Origin: a virus
Direction: 5' to 3' (one strand)
Length of the DNA stretch: 64,000 nt
Virus record (IMG/VR): IMGVR_UViG_3300045988_125802
Shown piece by piece: positions 9,778-19,466 of this stretch. A model generated the notes under the pieces. The model did not search any database, had not been told where the DNA came from, and was given only the letters and a program-made list of their open reading frames with translations. The position numbers were made by a program, and so were the translations under genes. Numbering within the stretch: the first letter of the stretch is position 1; the number at the start of each line of letters is the position of its first letter.

Positions 9778-9819
9778 ATTTTCTTCTCCTAATAATTTTA
9801 ATGAACTCCATTAAGGCTA

Positions 9820-10155
9820 TTAAGCAATCTTTGAGTTTGGATTGCTGCGCAATCTTTGAGTTCTATTATACTTCTTGACAAATTCATCTAATTCTCTCTT
9901 AGACCAACTCAATTCTTTAAAACCTAATTCATGCTTTCCTCTAGGTAATTTTCCTTCTCTAACATAATTATCAAAAGTTGCTCTACTAATATTTAAATAT
10001 TCACATGCTGCATATTTGCTTAATCTGCTATCCTTATCAGTAAATCTTTTTAGATTATTCACTATTTCAATAGCTTCTTCCTCAGTTATATTTGAGTTAC
10101 CAGTATCAATATCAATTATTATTTTTAATAACAAGTCTTTTATGATTTCTAACAT
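9820..10155 (-). CDS. Helix-turn-helix DNA-binding protein (111 aa; excisionase/MerR-like HTH)
   Basis: YAACEYLNISRATFDNYVREGKLPRG is a typical short HTH followed by a basic wing. Confidence 0.5.
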   Translation of the reverse strand: MLEIIKDLLLKIIIDIDTGNSNITEEEAIEIVNNLKRFTDKDSRLSKYAACEYLNISRATFDNYVREGKLPRGKHELGFKELSWSKRELDEFVKKYNRTQRLRSNPNSKIA

Positions 10156-10519
10156 ATAAATAAAGTATTATAAATAATAAAATGCCTATTATTATACTAT
10201 GCAACATTAATAATTCAAAATCAGTAATAGGTATTCCAATATAGTAGTCTATAATGTTAATAATATCAGTTACAAGTATATAGTACAGAAACATTTTATG
10301 ATACAGACAAAATCTGAATACTATAGATGAAAGATACATGAACATCCAAGTAAGTAAAGACATTCCTGCAATATTGCTAAGTACAGGAATATCAATACCT
10401 ACATAAGCTGTAGCAGTGTTAGCTACGTAGAATAATGTTATAAGCATAGGCATATACTTCAACATTATTAACAACAATTTGTATAAAGACTTACTTCTTA
10501 AGCTTTCCTCCATTTCCAT
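10112..10519 (-). CDS. Multi-pass membrane protein, holin candidate (135 aa)
   Basis: About four hydrophobic spans by eye. Last gene of the putative lysis cluster. Confidence 0.45.
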   Translation of the reverse strand: MEMEESLRSKSLYKLLLIMLKYMPMLITLFYVANTATAYVGIDIPVLSNIAGMSLLTWMFMYLSSIVFRFCLYHKMFLYYILVTDIINIIDYYIGIPITDFELLMLHSIIIGILLFIILYLYVRNHKRLVIKNNN

Positions 10520-10657
10520 ATCTGCCTCTTTTGATGCCAGCTTTAGGAGACATTGGTTTTGCTCTACCTGTTCTTTTTGCCATAACTATTTCCCCCTTTT
10601 AGTCTTTCCTTTTCCTTTACAACCACATTTCTTTGCCATAGTCTTTGATATTTATCA

Positions 10658-11086
10658 TTACACAATTTCTATAGTTACTTCTTCTCCATGAGTAATAGCC
10701 TCTTTTATTACTTTGACTAATCTCTCCTCATAAGGAGTTGAATTAAGTACTTTACCTGTCACTTTATTTTCTCCTACAAGAATACACCCAGCTGAGTCTT
10801 CTGCTGTATTTCCCCTATGAATAAGTACTCCTTCAAAAGAAGGAACATCAATTAATCTTGGCAGCTCTCTACCAAATTTCGGAGACATGTTAATTGTTAC
10901 CTTATATTTGCCAAATGGTATACAAGTTTCTCCATAAACCTTCATCTCACCATTATCGAATCTTCCATTCTTGTTTAAATCTCTATTCTTGTCTTCAAGA
11001 GTATTACAAAAGAATTGGTCATCTATGTAAAGATTACCTATGGTGTAGTTATCTTTAAAATATCTTCTCTCAAGTTTCAATCTCAT
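10658..11086 (-). CDS. Cell-wall-acting enzyme candidate (142 aa; DUF5675-like pattern)
   Basis: The pattern TIGNLYIDD..FCNTLED...GETCIPFGKY...SPKFGRELPRLIDVPSFEGVLIHRGNTAEDSAGCILVG matches a phage/Bacteroidetes family I recall as DUF5675. It is flanked by membrane proteins. Confidence 0.4.
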   Translation of the reverse strand: MRLKLERRYFKDNYTIGNLYIDDQFFCNTLEDKNRDLNKNGRFDNGEMKVYGETCIPFGKYKVTINMSPKFGRELPRLIDVPSFEGVLIHRGNTAEDSAGCILVGENKVTGKVLNSTPYEERLVKVIKEAITHGEEVTIEIV

Positions 11087-11453
11087 CTTTGTCCTCCTTT
11101 GATAAAGGAATTGCTCCTCCTAATATATCTTTAATTTGTTCTTCAGTATAGAATTTTCTCTTAATACACCCATTGTCAAGACAAGAGTTATTAAGCAATC
11201 TATGAATAACCCCCTTTAATCTATATACCTCAATTCTATTATTCTCAGCAAGATCAATATAAAACTGAAGCTTCTTGTTATTGTCTCTTACAATATCTTC
11301 ATAAAATTCGAGAGATTTTTTTAAATTCTCTATCTCATTAGAGTCTACCTCACTATTATACTTCCTCCTAGCAAAAAACCAAGAAACCCAACCACTCATA
11401 AAAGTGGTTACCGTACCTACTCCTCCAGTAATAAGTATCCCTAAATCAACCAT
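11070..11453 (-). CDS. N-terminally anchored membrane protein (127 aa), lysis-cluster member
   Basis: TM segment LGILITGGVGTVTTFMSGWVSWFFA followed by a coiled-coil-like region. Confidence 0.45.
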   Translation of the reverse strand: MVDLGILITGGVGTVTTFMSGWVSWFFARRKYNSEVDSNEIENLKKSLEFYEDIVRDNNKKLQFYIDLAENNRIEVYRLKGVIHRLLNNSCLDNGCIKRKFYTEEQIKDILGGAIPLSKEDKDEIET

Positions 11454-11459
11454 TTCTTT

Positions 11460-12083
11460 CTATTTTACAATTTCAACAAACTTCTGTTTCTTATTAGTAC
11501 TATAGGGATTATTATTAATAACTTGCACTTCTAATACTTTATGTTTCCTTTGAAACCACCTTAATATTTTACACTTCTTAGGAGGTTTTATAGTCTCTTT
11601 CTTATAGGCAGTTACTATATAATATTCGTTAATAAACCTTGGAGAAATAGTTATAGTACTTGGATATTTTAGATTTAAATCTATAGAATACCAACTATCC
11701 CTCATCGTAGTATCTATATCCAACTTAGTATCTCTGAATAAAGTATCTTTGAAGATAATAGTATCTTCTTTCTTATTGACAGATAATAAATACTGAAGCT
11801 GTTTAAGATTCTTATCTTTAATGCCTAAATCCTTCCTGATGCTATCCATTTCCATCAATATGGAGTCATTGAAGTACTCTAACTGTGATATGGTAAGCTC
11901 AAATACCCTACTTCTATCTTTCAAGTAGCTATTTTCTTGAGAATATGCTTTCTCATTTTTAATGGCCACAGAAAGTTCTTCCTTTAAAGAAGAATTTCTC
12001 TTGAAGAGTATATAACTGCTTAGAATCAGAATACAGAATGATACTGCAATTCCTATATTAAAATAACGCTTAATATTTATCAT
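11460..12083 (-). CDS. N-terminally anchored membrane protein (207 aa), lysis-cluster member (spanin-like by position)
   Basis: TM segment FNIGIAVSFCILILSSYILF followed by a coiled-coil-like region. Confidence 0.4.
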   Translation of the reverse strand: MINIKRYFNIGIAVSFCILILSSYILFKRNSSLKEELSVAIKNEKAYSQENSYLKDRSRVFELTISQLEYFNDSILMEMDSIRKDLGIKDKNLKQLQYLLSVNKKEDTIIFKDTLFRDTKLDIDTTMRDSWYSIDLNLKYPSTITISPRFINEYYIVTAYKKETIKPPKKCKILRWFQRKHKVLEVQVINNNPYSTNKKQKFVEIVK

Positions 12084-12093
12084 ATCATTATAT

Positions 12094-13041
12094 TTAAATC
12101 CATTCAGCAGCTTGCCTGCACCTTATCTGTGGATTAGATTCACTAGGCCAGTAACTATACATATCATAAGAATATCTACCTAAATCTCCATAATACTTAT
12201 TACTATCCATACTACTCTCCTCAGTATAGGTATAAGCTTCTACCCACTCATATCTATCTAAATCCTCATTATAATAGAGGTAATATCCCCATAGAGTAGC
12301 ATCAAGAGGTAATTGTATTCTAGATTGGCTAAAAGACCCATTATTATATCTTATAACAGTTACATAAGGATGGTTATAAGTTATAGATTTTCCTCTACTA
12401 TACCCAAGGCTTCCAAATTTACTCTCCACTTCATCTAGAGTGCCCAAGTAGCTCCTATTATTTGTTATTACAGGTGAATCAAATAGATATAAGTGATCTA
12501 TAGGCCATGAGTACGATAAATTATTAGATATACCATACCATTCTACTGCATTGCTTCCTAACTCTATACGTACTTCATTTACAAAAGACTTCATGGGAAG
12601 AGTTCCTATCTCTATGTCCTCTCCATCATAATTTGATAAATAAAAGGTTAAAGTCCCACCAAGATTATTATCCATTAGTAAACTGTACTTGGTATTATTG
12701 TAAGTATAATTTATATAGTTCTTGTTACTAGTAAAAGTGCTATTAGAATTTACAATGTAGGTTGTTTGAGAATCTTTAAGAGCAGAGCCAGCCATATTAC
12801 CCTTAACAATAATATTACTTCCATAGGGGACATATGATCTATTTATAATCATGGTCCAAGCATAAGTTGTAGCTCCTGACATATCAGCTATTTGTATAAT
12901 CTCATTATTTGAGTAATTACTGCTATTTTTCAGATTACCTCCAGAATTTATAAATTCCAATTTTGTAATATACTCATTAATAGGGGATAATGCAGTTCCT
13001 AATAAATCATTTACATCCTGTTTAACAGCTAATTCTGACAT
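12094..13041 (-). CDS. Tail-fibre-associated protein (315 aa)
   Basis: Overlaps the stop of the 1020-aa fibre gene by 13 nt. S/N/T/Y-rich beta-type composition. Confidence 0.5.
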   Translation of the reverse strand: MSELAVKQDVNDLLGTALSPINEYITKLEFINSGGNLKNSSNYSNNEIIQIADMSGATTYAWTMIINRSYVPYGSNIIVKGNMAGSALKDSQTTYIVNSNSTFTSNKNYINYTYNNTKYSLLMDNNLGGTLTFYLSNYDGEDIEIGTLPMKSFVNEVRIELGSNAVEWYGISNNLSYSWPIDHLYLFDSPVITNNRSYLGTLDEVESKFGSLGYSRGKSITYNHPYVTVIRYNNGSFSQSRIQLPLDATLWGYYLYYNEDLDRYEWVEAYTYTEESSMDSNKYYGDLGRYSYDMYSYWPSESNPQIRCRQAAEWI

Positions 13042-16000
13042 AACTTATCTTCTAGCATTTTTATTTTATTCTCCAATAATTGTACTTTTAACAATAACAT
13101 TTCTATATAGTCTATAGATTTATAGCCATTGCTATCTGTTTTGACCAAATCAGGAAGTTGAGCTTCTACATCTTGAGCTATGTATCCTATAGAATGCTTT
13201 TTAGACTCTTTTAAGTCAAACTCCTTTAATTTAAAATCACTTATACAATTATATTTAACTATATCTAAGTCTGTTATGTTCTCTTTTAATCTCCTATCTG
13301 AACTCTTATATATATGTGCAGCGGTTATATCTCCTGCAGCGGTTATATCTCCTGTGCCTGATGACTTTGTTACATTAATACCTCCATGTACTCCTAATAC
13401 ATTATCTGAGTATGCTCCTATTCTAATAGTAGAATCATCTAATACAGAATGGAATACCATATCACCTTTCATATAAAGTACTCCTGTATCCACTGAGTCA
13501 GAGCAATCTATCATTACTGTTCCTCCAGCACCTGTTCTTAGTATTATTGGAGCAATAGTCATATCTTTGGTATAAGGTGTGTATCTCTCTGAATTTAATA
13601 ATATATAAGCCTGTTGCCCATAAGTAACAAATCCAGTAGGGATTCTATTGGAATTTCCCACTCTTAGGAAGGCAGCATTATTACCAGAAGATACATTTGC
13701 TCCTACACTTATATAAGTTGCATTAGAAGAATTATTAATATTAGATGGTCCTCCCAATAATACAGCAGGTAATGTATTGCCATTAGAATTAGCTCCTAAA
13801 TTCTCAAGTAGTGCTACCTGAGAGGTAGTCATATACCCACTAGAACTTCTTGTAGCTGACGGCATAGAAGCTGTTAAATTAATAATGGTTCCTGACTTAG
13901 AAGCATTTAATGTTATAGGAGATGTACCACTGGCATTTATTGTACCAATTCCCCCTAAACTACTAAGAGTATAAGTGGTATCTGCCCAAGGAACATTGAC
14001 AAACATCTTTCCCTCACCAGAAAGCTCAACAGGATAGTTTCTACCATTTTCAGCATATCCTATCTTGACTCCCCCTAGTGCACTTGAAGAGGCTTGAGGT
14101 AATGTGTAACTGCTTCCCTCCCAAGGGACATTCACATAAGCCTTACCATTACTGTCTAATTTAACTGCATAATTTTTGCCATTTTCAGCATATCCAATCC
14201 TAATTAGTCCACTAGTAGTACTACTAGCCAGATTTAAATTTCCAGTATGATATAGAGTATTTCTACTATTGCTTGTAACAAATTTAGGATTGCCATCTGT
14301 GGCTACAGCAAGTATATATTGAGCAGAAGAGCTGCTAATCCATTTAATACCTATACCAATATCACTATTAATATCCTTATACAAATAAGGGTCACTATCC
14401 TTATGCCCTAAATTTAATCTACCTGGAATACTTGTGTTCCCGCTCTTGTCAAACACGACAAACTCCCTGACCGGCTTACTTTCGGTAGTCCGTGTTCCCG
14501 AATACTGTGAAAATTTCACTATCTCGTTATAGGTAGAACTCCCTCCGTCATCGCCCGTATATATTTCAAGAATCCCTTGATTATCTTCTGTACTTCTCCC
14601 CACGATTCCCCAATAATCGTTTGCAGCCATGACTGCTTTTATCCCCCTCTCCCCGGAGTTCCCGTAAGAGGCAAATTGCAAATCCCCCGCAAGAGTAGCA
14701 GCAGTACCATATATACTTCCAGCATGTAAAACAGATGCTGATGATGCAACAGCAGTACTAGGTATAGATGATACTCTTTGAGAATTAACTATAAAGTCTG
14801 CCGTAGTTCCAAGCACTGTTATAACAGGGTAATCATTGTCTGAAGTTGAAAAATATAAATCATACTCAAATCCACTTTTCTTGTCATGGTATAAAATACC
14901 ATTAGTTGTTGACCCAAACACTATACCTCTAATATTGATATGAGCACTACTTTCACTATTTGAGTAGATCCAATAAATGTAAAATAAGTTTAAGGAATTA
15001 GTTTGGCTACCTATGAGCAGGGTTACACATCCTTTTTCAACATTTCTGGTTAAGTGGCCTATCTTAAAATAACTACCATAAGTGCTATTAACATAATGTA
15101 TTACCTTAGAATCCCCATTAATAATATCACTTTTCTTTAGATAGGTGTTTACAATATTGTTGCCATTCTCATCGTTTTCGGCATTATCTGCGGTTCTTGC
15201 TCTACTTATTATAAGGGTACCATCTGTATTAACTGAGGCAAACTCACCTCCAGATTTTATAAGTCCTAGATTTTCATCGTTAGCTATACCCAAGTTACCT
15301 TGATGATAAACAGTATAATATGTTGAGCCATTTTGAGCGTACCTAAGATTACTTGATGTAATAGAAAGACAGCCTTTCCTACCAGAAATGAAGTCCCCAT
15401 TTCCTATAATAACCCCCACATCAGAGTTCTGGTCATATCCTATGAAGCCTGCCCCCCCGAAATTAATACCTGTCCTTACCAAATCTGCATCTTCATTTTT
15501 TAGATAAAGTGCTTCCCAGTTGGTGCTTTCAATAGTGTGCTTACCTGAATATACTTCCCCATTAATATGCAAGGGGTATTTAGGACCATTTGTATTAATA
15601 CCTACATATCCTCCTCTAGGCTGAAGTAACAACATGCACCTTTTTGATACAGTTGTATCTGATGGATATACAGATGTTTGTGGATCCTGCCCATCTATTG
15701 TAGTTTGCAAAACTACAGCTTCTGGACCATTGCCATATAAATCGGATTGCTGAGAATATATCTTTAATGAACCATCATTAGCATAGAGAATGTAAGAACC
15801 ATTACTTGTAGTATTATTAGTGTTCCCTACATATAATGAGTGCCTATTTACCAGCTGCCCAGACATTGTTCCTCCACTAAGAGGAACATACTTACCATCT
15901 ATTGATGAGCCTTTATTAAAGGCATCTGGGAAAGAGATTTCATTCCATCTCTTTCCCTCAACACCTACTTTGAATAATCCAGGGTAGTCTGATACCCAAC

Positions 16001-16091
16001 ATAGTTCTCCATTCTTTAAAATAGGGTTTTTATTATTCCACTCTTGAAGAGTATATGTTAGATTCTTAATCCTCACATTGCTTAATTCCAT
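13029..16091 (-). CDS. Tail fibre/spike protein with C-terminal S74-type intramolecular chaperone domain (1020 aa)
   Basis: The C-terminal 91 aa (nt 13032-13304) carry YK/SSDRRLKENI...GYIAQDVEAQLPDLV...coiled coil, the self-cleaving chaperone signature. The N-terminus has the fibre motif LTYTLQEWNNKNPILKNGELCWVSD. There are internal repeats G(L/G)(I/V)(R/K)IGYAENG(K/R)NY.V.L...GK..VNVPW. Confidence 0.85.
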   Translation of the reverse strand: MELSNVRIKNLTYTLQEWNNKNPILKNGELCWVSDYPGLFKVGVEGKRWNEISFPDAFNKGSSIDGKYVPLSGGTMSGQLVNRHSLYVGNTNNTTSNGSYILYANDGSLKIYSQQSDLYGNGPEAVVLQTTIDGQDPQTSVYPSDTTVSKRCMLLLQPRGGYVGINTNGPKYPLHINGEVYSGKHTIESTNWEALYLKNEDADLVRTGINFGGAGFIGYDQNSDVGVIIGNGDFISGRKGCLSITSSNLRYAQNGSTYYTVYHQGNLGIANDENLGLIKSGGEFASVNTDGTLIISRARTADNAENDENGNNIVNTYLKKSDIINGDSKVIHYVNSTYGSYFKIGHLTRNVEKGCVTLLIGSQTNSLNLFYIYWIYSNSESSAHINIRGIVFGSTTNGILYHDKKSGFEYDLYFSTSDNDYPVITVLGTTADFIVNSQRVSSIPSTAVASSASVLHAGSIYGTAATLAGDLQFASYGNSGERGIKAVMAANDYWGIVGRSTEDNQGILEIYTGDDGGSSTYNEIVKFSQYSGTRTTESKPVREFVVFDKSGNTSIPGRLNLGHKDSDPYLYKDINSDIGIGIKWISSSSAQYILAVATDGNPKFVTSNSRNTLYHTGNLNLASSTTSGLIRIGYAENGKNYAVKLDSNGKAYVNVPWEGSSYTLPQASSSALGGVKIGYAENGRNYPVELSGEGKMFVNVPWADTTYTLSSLGGIGTINASGTSPITLNASKSGTIINLTASMPSATRSSSGYMTTSQVALLENLGANSNGNTLPAVLLGGPSNINNSSNATYISVGANVSSGNNAAFLRVGNSNRIPTGFVTYGQQAYILLNSERYTPYTKDMTIAPIILRTGAGGTVMIDCSDSVDTGVLYMKGDMVFHSVLDDSTIRIGAYSDNVLGVHGGINVTKSSGTGDITAAGDITAAHIYKSSDRRLKENITDLDIVKYNCISDFKLKEFDLKESKKHSIGYIAQDVEAQLPDLVKTDSNGYKSIDYIEMLLLKVQLLENKIKMLEDKLCQN
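13318..13353 (-). repeat. 18-nt perfect tandem duplication inside the fibre gene
   Basis: gcagcggttatatctcct occurs twice in tandem and encodes GDITAA-GDITAA, just upstream of the predicted S74 cleavage site. Confidence 0.9.
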
Positions 16092-16122
16092 AGACCATCT
16101 TTATTTTATTACTCTATTAGCC

Positions 16123-16986
16123 TTAATTAGCAAATCCGCACACTAAGGTAAGATTTTCTAAATCAGATGCTTGTAGAGCATTCATTCCTTTAGTTACTGT
16201 AATTGTATCACTAGTTTTAGATATAGATGTAACAACGTTACCGCTTCCTGTTGTTGTGACTTTCAATGTTGTATTTATTGCTGAGGAAATAGCACTTGAT
16301 ATAGCACTATTTATTCCTGTTACAGCAATTCCATTTGAATCAACTGTCAAAAAAGATTCGCTACTGGCACTTTTCTTTACAGAAAATTCACCACCTGCAC
16401 TTAATGAAAGACCAACACCTGCACTATAAACATCTATTAAACCAGACAAGTCTACTTTTACAACCTGATCTCCTTTAGATGTATTAAAGGTTAGAGTCAG
16501 GATACCTGTATCAACATCAAAACTAGAATCTTTAAGAATTGATTCAACTGGGAAATCTACTGAGGATATAGCTACTCCTCCCTTACCTAGCAGGCTTAAA
16601 ACTCCTGTATCGTTATTAAGCGAAAGTTTTAAGGTTGCAGATAGGCCATTTGAATCTTGATTAAGAATCTGTTCATTACTATTGAGTTTTAACTCAACTG
16701 AAGCAACTCCAGACTCCTTGTCTAGAATTTGGATGGCATATCTTCCATTATAATCTATTACTGCATCTTCAATCATGGAAGATACATTCTGTATAATTGC
16801 TTCCTTACTGGCAAATATTATAGGTAATTCATTCCAAGTAGAGGTGCCATTGCCTACTTTAAAATAGTACATCTCATCGGTATCTTGGAAAAATCCAACT
16901 TCCCCCTTTAACAATATAGGATTTCTAGATTCCCAATTTTCCTTGGTAAGGAATTTTTGAGCTACTGTAGCATTATTAATAACCAT
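16123..16986 (-). CDS. Tail fibre protein (287 aa)
   Basis: N-terminal LTKENWESRNPILLKGEVGFFQDTDEMYYFKVGNGTSTWNELP is the same fibre N-terminal motif as in 13029..16091. The rest is S/T/G/V-rich. Confidence 0.65.
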   Translation of the reverse strand: MVINNATVAQKFLTKENWESRNPILLKGEVGFFQDTDEMYYFKVGNGTSTWNELPIIFASKEAIIQNVSSMIEDAVIDYNGRYAIQILDKESGVASVELKLNSNEQILNQDSNGLSATLKLSLNNDTGVLSLLGKGGVAISSVDFPVESILKDSSFDVDTGILTLTFNTSKGDQVVKVDLSGLIDVYSAGVGLSLSAGGEFSVKKSASSESFLTVDSNGIAVTGINSAISSAISSAINTTLKVTTTGSGNVVTSISKTSDTITVTKGMNALQASDLENLTLVCGFAN

Positions 16987-16997
16987 TCTTTTTTTTT

Positions 16998-17282
16998 TTA
17001 GAATTCACAAATAATAGTTACTCTATCTAATTTATTCTTTAAGTCAGATTCTGAAATATCAGCCATAATTAGTCTATATCTTCTAGTTTCAGAATCCCAA
17101 ACATATGTTTTATTATCTTGATCTGTAGCAATATAAATAACATCATCTTCACCTATTGTAGGAAATTCAATACTTGGAACTCTTACTACCCATCTCTTAT
17201 AGCTTCCTATTACTCCCTGTATAGATCCCTTTACCAAATTTACCCTTGTGTTAATATTGCCGCTTAATTGTTTATTATTCAT
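16998..17282 (-). CDS. Small tail-cluster protein (94 aa)
   Basis: Intact ORF in the fibre cluster. A short motif VIYIATDQDNKTYVWDSETRRY resembles fibre N-termini. Confidence 0.5.
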   Translation of the reverse strand: MNNKQLSGNINTRVNLVKGSIQGVIGSYKRWVVRVPSIEFPTIGEDDVIYIATDQDNKTYVWDSETRRYRLIMADISESDLKNKLDRVTIICEF

Positions 17283-17283
17283 A

Positions 17284-17718
17284 TCAAGACTCTCTAAGTT
17301 TCTCTAATACTATAGGTAAAGATCCTTCTACCCACTTCTCATAATAACCACTGTTAAAATCACTTGAAACAATTCTGTCCATTTGCCTATAGCTTAATTG
17401 TCCATCACTATTGAAAGGATATATATCATGATCCAATATAAATCTAAGAATATTGTCCTCAACTACTGCATTAGTCAGTTTATAACTTCCACTATCTAAT
17501 AATTCTGAAGAGACAACTAAAAATTCCTTATCTCCTGGTATATAAAATTCAAAATAAAACTCTGTGTTTATTTTGCCATTCTTAATAAACTCTACAGGAT
17601 TGCCTTCAGTATCTGTTATCTCCGTTATCTCAATAATTATGTCACTGGGAATCTTAATTACCCTACAATTACAACAGCAGCCAACAGGCTCTCCATTTAT
17701 TTCATTCAATATAATCAT
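17284..17718 (-). CDS. Hypothetical tail-cluster protein (144 aa)
   Basis: Intact ORF with 1-nt spacing to both neighbours. Confidence 0.5.
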   Translation of the reverse strand: MIILNEINGEPVGCCCNCRVIKIPSDIIIEITEITDTEGNPVEFIKNGKINTEFYFEFYIPGDKEFLVVSSELLDSGSYKLTNAVVEDNILRFILDHDIYPFNSDGQLSYRQMDRIVSSDFNSGYYEKWVEGSLPIVLEKLRES

Positions 17719-17719
17719 A

Positions 17720-18277
17720 TTATTTTATTTCTACATAATCATACCAAAATACTGTTTTCTTATTTTTGTTTAATGAGTCAGATTTTTTATTCTTTTTATA
17801 CTTATTCAAACATAATCTCGGTATAAAAGGCCATTTAGATTCTTTATGACAATTTGATTCTCTCAGATAATTAGGAGACAATTTACAATAAGTATTACTA
17901 GTTTTATCCCAATGTTTCTTATCACATACATACATGCAATAAGGATAATCATCATCAGAGATAAATATCTGTTTCAAGTGATCCAAATCTCCTTTATCAG
18001 TTTTTCTTAAAGTATCTTCCAGAACAATTCTATAATAGCATTTATGCTTCTCAAGAAGAGATATAACAGACATGACATCCACCTTATATTCACATAAGCC
18101 ATGACATGCTATAAGGTTATAATCACAATCTAATCTAACTCTTAAATCAAAAACTCTGCAACCTTCATGAATTTGCTCAGGTATTGATAAGTTTTGAGTT
18201 TTACTGAATATCTGAAGTATTTTATGTATAAAGTTTTTAGGTTTATAACATGTCATCGAATTATGTGAGCCATACAT
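17720..18277 (-). CDS. PI-PLC X-domain-like phosphodiesterase (185 aa)
   Basis: GSHNSMT ... TQNLSIPEQIHEGCRVFDLRVRLDCDYNLIACHGL parallels the Bacillus PI-PLC segment GTHDS...[23 protein letters not shown]...HHG (catalytic His, Arg, His). It is shorter than a full barrel. Confidence 0.55.
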   Translation of the reverse strand: MYGSHNSMTCYKPKNFIHKILQIFSKTQNLSIPEQIHEGCRVFDLRVRLDCDYNLIACHGLCEYKVDVMSVISLLEKHKCYYRIVLEDTLRKTDKGDLDHLKQIFISDDDYPYCMYVCDKKHWDKTSNTYCKLSPNYLRESNCHKESKWPFIPRLCLNKYKKNKKSDSLNKNKKTVFWYDYVEIK

Positions 18278-18281
18278 ATCT

Positions 18282-19460
18282 TTACTCCTTAATTAAATTA
18301 TGTGTTAATTGTTCTCCCCAGCTATTCTCTTCCAATTTGATCTCTATCAAGCTAGTTTTATAGTTAAAATAAAGAGTGTTATCAACATAGCCACTTAGTG
18401 GAAAAATACATTGATTACCTTTTATTAAGCATTTAAGCCTACAATCAATTTCACCCTTATTATAATTATCCAATATTTCCATAGCAACACTAGGCTCTGT
18501 AATTGGAATGAAATTGCCAGTTATATTATCAATAGTACCTAAATCAATAAAAGTCAAAGAACTAGCACTATTAACACTAGCTAATTTATTTAGCTGAACA
18601 GATTCAGGCATATCTGATGTTATGGAACCAGTTACATGTAAGCTTCCTTCTATATGTACACCATCAGTGGTATTGATATAAACTGTACCACTAGTTATTC
18701 TAACTCCACTATATTCATTTATTTCACCATCACTAAGGTCACTGCCTTCTATAACTACTGGACCATTGTATCCATAAATCTTAATGTTATCCTCAGTTAC
18801 TCCAGTTTTTATAGTTATTGAGCTGTAATCACCATCACTATTATTCTTTGATTTTATTTCAATCGGACTACTACTAGCACTATTTTCAATCAAGTTAGTT
18901 TTAAATGTACCTGCCGTTAAAGTCCCTGTAACTAATGCAGTTCCTGATAAAAGAGAGTCTCCTGTAACATTAAGAGCAGGAAAATCTCCTTGATCATTTA
19001 TAATCAAACTCTTTTTAAGAACAACTCCAGTATTATTTTTTATCGTTACTCCTCCTGAGGATTCAATAACTACATCTCCAGAAAGAGAATTTATATTAAC
19101 ATTGCCTCCTTGTAGATTTGTTGTATCTTCTGAATCAAGATTTAATGACCTGTCTGTATGAACCTCAAAGTTACCATTCTTATTAAGGACTATTCTATTA
19201 ACTCCAGTACCATAATCTGTATCTTGACTAATTGAGAAAGTATCATTTATTATGTTACTACCTTTTTGAATATATGCTCCAAATGCAGTCCAAATCTCAT
19301 GGTTACCATCAGTAATGGAGGTGTTTAATTCTTTAAGTATAGTTGTAAGGGATTTATTATTTGAGTCATATACTCCATCTGTATGAGTAATAGGGTATAA
19401 TTTAGTAGTACTACTCCCTCCTACTAACTGATTTTCTATTAATTCTACTATTTTTCCCAT
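18282..19460 (-). CDS. Tail spike/fibre protein (392 aa; beta-helix-like repeats)
   Basis: Repetitive G/S/T/N/V-rich segments (e.g. VIESSGGVTIKNNTGVVLKK, ITSGTVYINTTDGVHIEGSLHVTGSITS), located in the fibre cluster. Confidence 0.55.
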   Translation of the reverse strand: MGKIVELIENQLVGGSSTTKLYPITHTDGVYDSNNKSLTTILKELNTSITDGNHEIWTAFGAYIQKGSNIINDTFSISQDTDYGTGVNRIVLNKNGNFEVHTDRSLNLDSEDTTNLQGGNVNINSLSGDVVIESSGGVTIKNNTGVVLKKSLIINDQGDFPALNVTGDSLLSGTALVTGTLTAGTFKTNLIENSASSSPIEIKSKNNSDGDYSSITIKTGVTEDNIKIYGYNGPVVIEGSDLSDGEINEYSGVRITSGTVYINTTDGVHIEGSLHVTGSITSDMPESVQLNKLASVNSASSLTFIDLGTIDNITGNFIPITEPSVAMEILDNYNKGEIDCRLKCLIKGNQCIFPLSGYVDNTLYFNYKTSLIEIKLEENSWGEQLTHNLIKE

Positions 19461-19466
19461 AATGAT

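Noticed and set aside
13029-16986. Diversity-generating retroelement targeting the fibre genes (their N-termini recall Mtd/fibre-type domains)
   Set aside because: There is no reverse transcriptase gene, no template/variable repeat pair and no adenine-specific mismatch pattern anywhere in the window. The repeats found are simple tandem duplications.
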